Shown here in pieces: positions 56,730-64,000 of a DNA stretch of 64,000 nucleotides. The position numbers and the translations under genes were made by a program. The stretch is from an uncultured Verrucomicrobiae bacterium. GTDB lineage: Bacteria; Verrucomicrobiota; Verrucomicrobiia; Chthoniobacterales; UBA10450. Position 1 is the stretch's first letter, and the number at the start of each line of letters is the position of its first letter. Under the pieces are notes generated by a model. That model was not told where the DNA came from. It ran no database searches and worked only from the letters and a program-made list of their open reading frames with translations. Location: NCBI GenBank assembly GCA_963815455.1, contig CAWFGO010000005.1, forward strand, positions 64,001 through 128,000, in the 5' to 3' direction.

Positions 56730-57452
56730 CTAGAAAGTGGCGGAACGAGGGAGATTCCACTTATCGCGGAGATTTTCGTAAGCCGGCCGGGGCAATTGAA
56801 CGAGCACCGGATGTTTGGCCGGATCGAGCCAGCGGATGATTATCCTCAGGTTTTCCTCCGCCATGGCTGTGCAACCGGAGGTTGAAGTAGCGCGGTTTTG
56901 CCAAATGTGGAGAAAAATGCAGGAACCGGCGCCGGGCTTGGGCGGGATGTTGTGCTCGACGAAGACTCCACATTTATAAACGTCGACGCCGAACATCTTT
57001 TCCGCGTGCTTCCAATCGCGTCGGCGGATTTCGGATCCATCGACCAGGCGATTGTAATAGCGCGAGTGCGGATCATCGACGGCCACAACATTCTCGGTTA
57101 TCGCCACGAACGGCATTTTGGTTTCGCGTTTAAGACCGAAAACGCTTCCTAGTTTGAAAACGCCGGCCGGCGCCTTGTAATCGCCTTCTTTCTTGACCGG
57201 ACCGGAAAGACCAGACGTTTCGATGAGGCCACGTCCCCAGGCCAGGCCCGCCCGGCCGACCACAACTGAAATTGTCGATCCTGTTGGCCGCCAGGAGGAC
57301 GTCGCATTCCGTTCGAACATCGACATCGTGCCGGAAGCTGATTCCCATGAGTCGGTTGTCACAATCAGGCATTGGCGCGATCTTTCCAGCGGAGCCGCTG
57401 CGGCGATCACAGCGCATACAGTCATCGCGAAAACAATTGCAAGGGAGCGCAT
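56730..57452 (-). CDS. L,D-transpeptidase-like (YkuD superfamily) secreted protein
   Basis: KKEGDYKAPAG, GSCIFLHIW, TSGCTAM. Confidence 0.85.
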   Translation of the reverse strand: MRSLAIVFAMTVCAVIAAAAPLERSRQCLIVTTDSWESASGTMSMFERNATSSWRPTGSTISVVVGRAGLAWGRGLIETSGLSGPVKKEGDYKAPAGVFKLGSVFGLKRETKMPFVAITENVVAVDDPHSRYYNRLVDGSEIRRRDWKHAEKMFGVDVYKCGVFVEHNIPPKPGAGSCIFLHIWQNRATSTSGCTAMAEENLRIIIRWLDPAKHPVLVQLPRPAYENLRDKWNLPRSATF

Positions 57453-57536
57453 GATTTAGATGAACCACAGATTCGTGAATACTGAACTCTTTTTTATCTG
57501 TGTTAACCTGTACTCGTCCGTGGCCGGGATTAATAA

Positions 57537-58643
57537 ATGAAATTGATCGACCGATTTGTTGGACGCGAGCTGATCGCGAACGTGCTGTTCGCGATTGCTG
57601 TGCTTAGTCTGGTCCTGGTGGTGGGCAATATTTTTCGCAAACTGCTGCCCCTGCTCGTGAACCATGACGTGCCGGTGGAATACCTGGTCAGTTTCATTGC
57701 CTATATCCTGCCGTTCTCGCTCATTTTTACGATCCCGTGGGGTTTGCTCACCGCGATCCTGCTCGTGTTCGGCCGGCTCTCGGCCGACAACGAATTGATC
57801 GCGCTTCGCGCGAACGGAGTAAGCATTACTCGCATTTGTCTTCCGTTGGGAGCGATCGCGCTGGTCTGCACGGCGATCTGTTTCTGGCTCAACGTTCAAG
57901 CCGCGCCGGCGGCGCAGGAAAAATTGCGTAGCACGATCTACGACATGGCCACGCGCAACCCGATGGCTCTGTTCGGCAGCGACCAGGTTATTGATCAGTT
58001 TCCTGGGCGAAAAATTTACGTGGGCAAAAAAAACGGGAACGAGCTCGAAAACATCATCGTGTTCGAAACCAACCAAGATTCGCTGCCGATCAAGGTGACG
58101 TTTGCGCGCACGGGCCGGCTCGAAGCCGATCTCGAGAACAAACGGATCCTCATGCATCTTTACCATGCCCGCTATCAACAGCGTGATGAGCAGGCGCCGT
58201 CCGATTTGCGCAAGATTCGCGATGGAATCAGCATGACCGAGGGGACATTGCCAATCAGTCTCGAGGATCTTTATGAAAAACAGAAGAAACGCCCCAGCCG
58301 CTCCGCCTTGTCGATCGAACAATTGCTCGATCAATTGAAAAGCGGAAACAAACGCGAGCGCAGCTCGAGCCGGACCGAGATTAACAAGCGTTTCTCGTTT
58401 CCGTTCGCCTGTCTGGCCTTTGCTGTGATCGGGGTGCCGCTGGGCGTGACGGCGCATCGCCGAGAAACCTCGATCGGGTTCGCCATGGGATTGATCGTCG
58501 CGATTTCCTATTTTCTCTTTGTCATACTCGGCGACACCCTGCGCGGAAATCCGAAGGTGCATCCGGAGTTGCTGGTCTGGTTCCCCAACGTGCTTTTTCT
58601 TGTTCTGGGCGCGCTGTTGTTCCGGCGCCTGGCGAAACAATAA
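57537..58643 (+). CDS. LptF/LptG family LPS export permease
   Basis: LIDRF, RLSADNELIALRANG, LIVAISYF, WFPNV. Confidence 0.9.
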   Translation: MKLIDRFVGRELIANVLFAIAVLSLVLVVGNIFRKLLPLLVNHDVPVEYLVSFIAYILPFSLIFTIPWGLLTAILLVFGRLSADNELIALRANGVSITRICLPLGAIALVCTAICFWLNVQAAPAAQEKLRSTIYDMATRNPMALFGSDQVIDQFPGRKIYVGKKNGNELENIIVFETNQDSLPIKVTFARTGRLEADLENKRILMHLYHARYQQRDEQAPSDLRKIRDGISMTEGTLPISLEDLYEKQKKRPSRSALSIEQLLDQLKSGNKRERSSSRTEINKRFSFPFACLAFAVIGVPLGVTAHRRETSIGFAMGLIVAISYFLFVILGDTLRGNPKVHPELLVWFPNVLFLVLGALLFRRLAKQ

Positions 58644-58645
58644 CC

Positions 58646-59348
58646 TTTTTCAGATAGGGACATCTTTCCAAGATGTCCGACGAAACTCGCTGCAGGCGAA
58701 AAAATTACGGACGCCCCGTAGGTGCGTCGCTACCTGAGTTGAAGTTGGTACGGCCAATCCTCGATTCTCTCCACGAGACCCGCTCGCATCGGATTCTGCA
58801 GGATGTAGGCGGCCTTTTCATCGAAACTTTCGTCGCTACGCAGTCGATGATCGAAGAAATCGCGTCGCCAGCGAATGCCGGCGTGCGTTGTCGTATAGCG
58901 CTTCCAACTTGTGACAGTCTTTTTCATGCCGGCATCGGGTCCGAATCGGGCCAGCATATGCAAATGATCCGGCGTTAAGAGGAGAATCGGCACGCCCCAA
59001 TCATGTCGATCATGATAGAAGCGGGCAGCAGCGAAGACTGCTTTGGCCATCTCGGGATGACAAAGATGATTTTCGCCCTTCGGCTGGCAGCAGATGGTGA
59101 TGAAGAAAATCGCATCGGCTGTGCCGATGAAATGGGGCGGGTCGTGAGGCAACGCCCGGCGGCCGACCGGATCGTGGGGCGAACGCATATCCTTGGAATC
59201 CTGTAGCGAAGTGCGGCTGAGTCCCAGCGGAAATTCTACGGACGCCCCGGAGGGGCGTCCCTACCTGGAGCGGCAACGTTGCGCGAAGGCTGGTAGCCGA
59301 TTTTTCAGGTAGGGACATCTTTCCAAGATGTCCGACGAAACTCGCTGC
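58646..59348 (-). mobile_element. REP-RAYT element 3 with multiple REPs and a 48-bp direct repeat
   Basis: REPs at 58652-79, 58708-35, 59239-66 and 59307-34; direct repeat 58646-93 / 59301-48 with one mismatch. Confidence 0.85.
58730..59188 (-). CDS. RAYT / Y1 HUH transposase
   Basis: RRALPH, IFFITIC, TPDHLHML, WRRDFFDHRLR, YILQNP.RAGL, WPY. Confidence 0.92.
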   Translation of the reverse strand: MRSPHDPVGRRALPHDPPHFIGTADAIFFITICCQPKGENHLCHPEMAKAVFAAARFYHDRHDWGVPILLLTPDHLHMLARFGPDAGMKKTVTSWKRYTTTHAGIRWRRDFFDHRLRSDESFDEKAAYILQNPMRAGLVERIEDWPYQLQLR

Positions 59349-59409
59349 GCAGTGTCGATTGGTTCTGGCGAATGGATGTCCCCGGAGGCGGGGTGCGGAC
59401 CCACCTGTC

Positions 59410-60231
59410 CTATCCGTTTCTCTTCGAGGCCAGGCGAAGATAATCTTCCTCGAGCGCTCGCAAGCGTTGCAGAATCTCATTGAGCGCGAGCTCATTTTTC
59501 AGGTTTACCTGATAATCGATCTCGGCCCGCAGGCGGTCCTTGTGACTTTGCCGGTTTTGCGACATCAAAATGATTGGGGCCTGCAACGCAGCGACCATGT
59601 TAAGAGCCGTGCTCAACAACAGAAATGGGTAGGCATCGAAACCCTTGTTCGCCAGGATCCAGATGTTTAGCACGATCCAGAGGTTGAAAAAGAGCACGGC
59701 CGACAGAATGAATTTCCAACTTCCGCCAAATTCCGCGAGCACATCGGCCGCCCGGTCGGCCACGGTGAGGCTCGCGGCCTCTTCTTCGTTCACATTGCGC
59801 GTAGCTCGATGACGCAAGAGTTCGTCGGTGCGCCGGAGACGATTGGCGATGGCGGTAAGCATCTCCAGAGCGAATTTCGGGTTCCGCCCGACGAAGGAGA
59901 GCAGGTGATCGCGCGACAGCACGGCTAGGCGCGATTCTTCCATGGTCGTCGCGTTGGCCGAACGCGATTCTCCATTGAGCAAGGCCATCTCGCCGAAAAA
60001 TTCGCCCCGGCCCAGCTCGGCCAGAGTCAGCTCGTGCCCGTCCCGGGCCTGGACGCTGATGCGGACCTTGCCGCGCTCGATCACGTACATGGCGTCGCCG
60101 GCATCGCCGGCCCGGAACACCTCCATGTGTGGACCGCATTCGCGTTCCTCGAGGAATTCGCACAACTTGGTCGCCGCCTCCGCGTCGAGCGATTCAAACA
60201 ATGGCACCTGGCGCAAGGTCTCGATCGTCAT
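59410..60231 (-). CDS. cNMP-binding domain + DUF1003 membrane protein
   Basis: FFGEMALL..RSANA; ADVLAEFGGSWKF, FDAYPF, APIILMSQNRQ. Confidence 0.9.
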   Translation of the reverse strand: MTIETLRQVPLFESLDAEAATKLCEFLEERECGPHMEVFRAGDAGDAMYVIERGKVRISVQARDGHELTLAELGRGEFFGEMALLNGESRSANATTMEESRLAVLSRDHLLSFVGRNPKFALEMLTAIANRLRRTDELLRHRATRNVNEEEAASLTVADRAADVLAEFGGSWKFILSAVLFFNLWIVLNIWILANKGFDAYPFLLLSTALNMVAALQAPIILMSQNRQSHKDRLRAEIDYQVNLKNELALNEILQRLRALEEDYLRLASKRNG

Positions 60232-60363
60232 TGGGCAAGGCGGAGGTAAAGGGTTGGGCTGGGCCAGAATGGCATATAAACAAGTAGCCGCGCCACCATT
60301 TCTCTGAGATTAACGTTAATTGCCACGTCCGAGAAGCCTGAATTCTAACCGGTCCGAAGAGCC

Positions 60364-60388
60364 TGTAGCCGAGGGCGTTGACCTCGGC
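60364..60388 (+). repeat. Single GTAG-type REP
   Basis: TGTAGCCGAGGGCGTTGACCTCGGC, close to the reverse complement of 32020-32044. Confidence 0.7.
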
Positions 60389-60462
60389 TGGGGCGATCCA
60401 TGGAACGGCCGCCGAGAACGCAGTTGCAAACCGCCTCTTTGCCGCTAAATTCGGCGTTCCTT

Positions 60463-60732
60463 ATGGCAAAAACCTCCTGGATTAATCGCAACGAGCGCAA
60501 ACGTGCTACGGTGAAAAAATACGCCGCAGTGCGAGCCGAGTTGAAAGCGAAGAAGGATTACGCGGGGCTCGCCCAGCTGCCACGCAATGCCAGCCCTACC
60601 CGTGTGGTGAACCGTTGCGAAGTTAGCGGCCGCCGGCGCGCTTTTATTCGCCGGTTCAAAGTGTCTCGTCTCACGTTTCGCGAGCTGGCGTCGCAAGGGC
60701 TCATCCCTGGCGTAACCAAGTCAAGCTGGTAG
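60463..60732 (+). CDS. rpsN: 30S ribosomal protein S14 (89-aa, Zn-ribbon-less form)
   Basis: [39 protein letters not shown]. Confidence 0.95.
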   Translation: MAKTSWINRNERKRATVKKYAAVRAELKAKKDYAGLAQLPRNASPTRVVNRCEVSGRRRAFIRRFKVSRLTFRELASQGLIPGVTKSSW

Positions 60733-60778
60733 TTTCCTTCGACATCGGGTTTCGGATGCGAGGGCTCGCATCCGGGCA

Positions 60779-62194
60779 ATGAACTTCCCCTCACTTTTGT
60801 TTTTGTCGGTAACGCCAATCGGTGACGTCATCGCGCGCCATTGGGATCCACCGATCCTGATCGCCGGTAAAATGGCGGCCATCGCTGCGCTCGTCCTCAT
60901 GAATGGTTTCTTTGTGATGGCCGAGTTTGCTCTTGTAAAAATCCGTGAGAGTCAGCTCGACGCTTTGGCTGACGAAGGCAACAAGCGGGCCGCGTTTACC
61001 AAACAAGTGAAGGCCAACCTCGACGCCTATCTGTCGGCGTGTCAGCTCGGGATTACTCTGGCCAGCCTCGGGCTGGGCTGGTTGGGTGAGCCGTTCCTCG
61101 CCCGCATCCTTCAACCGGCCTTTGCTCTCCTCGGGGTCGAATCGCCGGCAGTAATCACGCCCATTTCCTTCACGCTGGCGTTTTCCGTGATCACTTTCCT
61201 GCACATCGTTCTTGGCGAACAAGCCCCGAAAATCCTCGCGATCCGCAAGGCCACGTCGGCCGCGCTTTTTGTCAGCGGGCCGCTCCGGCTTTTTTACACG
61301 ATCTTTCAACCGGCGATTTGGTTCCTGAACGCGTCGAGTAACTGGTTCCTGCGCCATCTCTTTCGGGTCAAGCCCGCCGCCGAAGGTGAACTGGCCCATA
61401 GCGAGGACGAATTACGGTTGATCCTCCGCCAGAGCGAGAAATCGCACGACGTTTCCGCGCTGGGCCGGGAACTGGTTTTCAATGTTCTCGATCTGCGCGA
61501 TCGAGTGGCGCGCGACGTCATGACTCCACGCGGCGAAATCGTTTATCTGGACCTGGAGGACGATTTTGAGACCAACATGAAAAAGGCTCTCGAATCCAGG
61601 CACACCCGGTTCCCGCTTTGCCGCGAAAACCTCGATAACACTGTCGGCCTCATTCACATCAAGGAACTGATGCCCATGATGCGCGATCCGCACCCGGACC
61701 TATTGAAGATCAAACGCGAGCTGATCCCGTTGCCGGAGATGATGTCGCTGGAAAAATTGCTCAAGTTATTCCTGAGCAAGCACGCGCATCTGGCCATGGT
61801 GGTGGATGAATTCGGTGGCACCGTAGGCATGGTTACGCTGGAAAACGTGCTCGAAGAGGTGGTGGGCGACATCCAGGACGAGTTCGACGCGGAAAAAGAG
61901 GAATTTCGCAAGATCAACGAGAACGAGTTTGCCGTAGCCGGCTCGCTCGGCCTCTATGAGCTGAACGACGCCACCAGTCTGGAACTGGAGAGCGCCGACG
62001 TCAGCACCGTCGGGGGATACGTGACGCATCTGCTCGGCCATCTTCCCAAACAAGGTGAACAGGTGAAGATCGACAACTACCTCGTCACGGTTTCACAAAC
62101 CGACGGCCGCCGCGTCGGCCAATTGCACTTCAAGAAAATCAGCGAGCAACCCGGCGAAATGTCATTTCCGGCGGAAAAGTCGCAAAAACTTTAG
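60779..62194 (+). CDS. Hemolysin family CNNM/CBS/CorC protein
   Basis: [44 protein letters not shown]. Confidence 0.93.
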   Translation: MNFPSLLFLSVTPIGDVIARHWDPPILIAGKMAAIAALVLMNGFFVMAEFALVKIRESQLDALADEGNKRAAFTKQVKANLDAYLSACQLGITLASLGLGWLGEPFLARILQPAFALLGVESPAVITPISFTLAFSVITFLHIVLGEQAPKILAIRKATSAALFVSGPLRLFYTIFQPAIWFLNASSNWFLRHLFRVKPAAEGELAHSEDELRLILRQSEKSHDVSALGRELVFNVLDLRDRVARDVMTPRGEIVYLDLEDDFETNMKKALESRHTRFPLCRENLDNTVGLIHIKELMPMMRDPHPDLLKIKRELIPLPEMMSLEKLLKLFLSKHAHLAMVVDEFGGTVGMVTLENVLEEVVGDIQDEFDAEKEEFRKINENEFAVAGSLGLYELNDATSLELESADVSTVGGYVTHLLGHLPKQGEQVKIDNYLVTVSQTDGRRVGQLHFKKISEQPGEMSFPAEKSQKL

Positions 62195-62261
62195 TCCGAC
62201 AAGGGCCAGGTTTTTGCGCGCTTAAGCCTGAGGCATTTCTAGTTTGGCAATCGCCAATCTG

Positions 62262-64000
62262 CTATGGCAATGCGGTCCCGGATTTTGCTTTTACGAAGGA
62301 GATATCGGAACTGTTGATCGAACCGTCGACGGTCACGTCTTCGCGGAAATTGGAATTCGTGACCGCTTGTCCGGACTGCGATTTTGTCTGGCTAATGTCG
62401 GCCGAGTTCACGGAACGGTTTGCGGTTGTGTCCCCGGCAATCACACCCATCTCGACTGAAACATTTCTCGCGCCGCTGCCATCGTTTACGCCGAACAACG
62501 TAATCGCGATCGTCTGCGCGTTCGCTATGCCGGTCAGGTTGACCGTAACCTCGTTGACCGCGGTGCTCGTTCCTGAAACATTTCCGGTCCCGGACGTCAC
62601 GCTCGCACCGGCGAGCGTAACCGGCGTGGCAAAGGTAATCACGATCTGATGTTCATCGGAGTTTGCGCCCTGGCCTTTGCGGCATTCGATGCCGGGCCCG
62701 CCGCTGAATGGAAGATCGACATCGAAAGTTCCGGCGGCGCCATGGGTTTTTCGCGAGACGGCTTTCACAAGCGCGGGATCGAAAACGTACGCCTGCGCCA
62801 CGTCGATCAGGTTGAAAAGCACGCCGCCGATTCCACCGAACGAAGGCACAGAGTTCGCCGGCTGCTGCAAGGTCATTGTGCTGGCGGTTACTTCGTGCAG
62901 ACGATTATCAATTGCGCCAGCTTCGGTGACGTTGATAAGCGGCACATAAATCGTGATGTTTCCATTCGGAGCGAGTGTGGACTGACAGTTCGCGGCCGGG
63001 AGCGTTGTTAAAGGCGGGTAGACGAGCACGCCGCCGCCTCCCACCAATTGGATGGCGTTTTCGCCCGCGTAGCATGTCAACGCGCCTCCGCTGGTCGATT
63101 CGGCGTAAGCGTGAAAATTCTTTCCGCCGTTCGGATCCGTGCTGGACGGTACGAACCACTGCGTTAGCCAAACGAGATCGATATCGGGATCCTGCGCGGG
63201 GGTCGGGGCCAAACTAGTCAAGTCGCTCAGTTGCATCACAACTTTGTAACAAGGCGCAACCGCCGAGCATGGCGGGGTTGTCACTTTCGTAACACTCGAG
63301 TTCAGAATGTCGAGCTGCGGCATGTTCGCGCTGCTAGTCCCGTTCACTTCATATTTGCCGTCATCATTTGGGTCGGACATTGCATTGAATGGCACGATTC
63401 CGCTGACATTCACCGGCGACGTCGCGGCATAAAGTCCGGTGCCGCCATTTTGGCGAACGTACATGGCATGGCCTGCGGCCGAGCCGATGATGTTGTTCGA
63501 ATCGACGTAGGCAATGTGCGCTTCGCCCAGTGGTCCGGTCCGCATTTGGAGATAATCGCCTAGCGAGCGGCTGGAAAGCTGGTTCTGTCCGCCGATCAAG
63601 CTCTGGACAGCGCCGCGATGAACATGATGCTCGCTGGCGAGAATCGGCGCCGTGAAAGTGGGAACCGGAGCATGCGCGTTGAGCGATTGCACCATCCACA
63701 CGCTCCACGTGCAATCGTTGCAATCATCAGGGGCATTATTGCCGCCGCTCGGCGTATTTGGCGTTCCGTACCAAACGATGTTTACGCGTCCGTCATCACC
63801 GGCGCTGATCCAGGCGAACACATTCTCGCGCAGCGTGCCGACGGGCGAGCCGGACGTGTCGATCTGAATGGGGGTCGACCAAGTATTTCCCTGGTCGGTC
63901 GAATAGGCGAACTTGAGCACCACGTCGCCGGTCAGAACGGATCCGGCCACCGGCGCTTGTTCCCAAACCGCGTATAGATTGCCAGCTCTATCGATCGCCA
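62262..64000 (-). CDS. Large secreted protein (5' end outside window) with an Asp-box and a dockerin-like C-terminal module
   Basis: STDQGNTWS Asp-box; AVSRKTHG...GDTTANRSVNSADI...DVTVDGSINSSDI. Confidence 0.8.
   Translation of the reverse strand, partial: AIDRAGNLYAVWEQAPVAGSVLTGDVVLKFAYSTDQGNTWSTPIQIDTSGSPVGTLRENVFAWISAGDDGRVNIVWYGTPNTPSGGNNAPDDCNDCTWSVWMVQSLNAHAPVPTFTAPILASEHHVHRGAVQSLIGGQNQLSSRSLGDYLQMRTGPLGEAHIAYVDSNNIIGSAAGHAMYVRQNGGTGLYAATSPVNVSGIVPFNAMSDPNDDGKYEVNGTSSANMPQLDILNSSVTKVTTPPCSAVAPCYKVVMQLSDLTSLAPTPAQDPDIDLVWLTQWFVPSSTDPNGGKNFHAYAESTSGGALTCYAGENAIQLVGGGGVLVYPPLTTLPAANCQSTLAPNGNITIYVPLINVTEAGAIDNRLHEVTASTMTLQQPANSVPSFGGIGGVLFNLIDVAQAYVFDPALVKAVSRKTHGAAGTFDVDLPFSGGPGIECRKGQGANSDEHQIVITFATPVTLAGASVTSGTGNVSGTSTAVNEVTVNLTGIANAQTIAITLFGVNDGSGARNVSVEMGVIAGDTTANRSVNSADISQTKSQSGQAVTNSNFREDVTVDGSINSSDISFVKAKSGTALP

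Noticed and set aside
58646..59405. CRISPR array
   Set aside because: Repeats are few, alternate in orientation, are irregularly spaced and flank a RAYT; no cas genes

Overview
This is a GC-rich chromosomal window whose gene style suggests a soil Verrucomicrobium (Chthoniobacterales-like; inferred, not tested). The backbone is ordinary: clpC, xerC, mlaEFD, tmRNA, a sulfonate/nitrate-type ABC transporter, recJ-recG-degP, asd, hutHU, DUF1501/DUF1800, ABC-F, pntAB, an MMPL/LolA/halogenase block, lptF/G and rpsN. Three things stand out. (1) recG carries an in-frame 627-bp insert: a complete REP-associated HUH/Y1 transposase (RAYT) bounded by perfect 24-bp inverted palindromic repeats, giving one uninterrupted RecG::RAYT ORF. 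A 126-bp non-autonomous copy of the same element lies at 42.7 kb. (2) There are two more RAYTs and a GIY-YIG nuclease, each with its own palindrome family. Scattered palindrome copies sit in frame inside genes or supply start and stop codons. (3) Downstream of tmRNA, an intact SatD + DUF3307 pair with a twin palindromic operator lies between apparent remnants of type III restriction-modification mod and res genes, a candidate nucleotide-signalling/defence module. Several +1 frameshifts between 32.8 and 46.3 kb (asd, DUF1501, ABC-F, pntA) look like sequencing errors. All family assignments come from motif recognition by eye; no searches were run.
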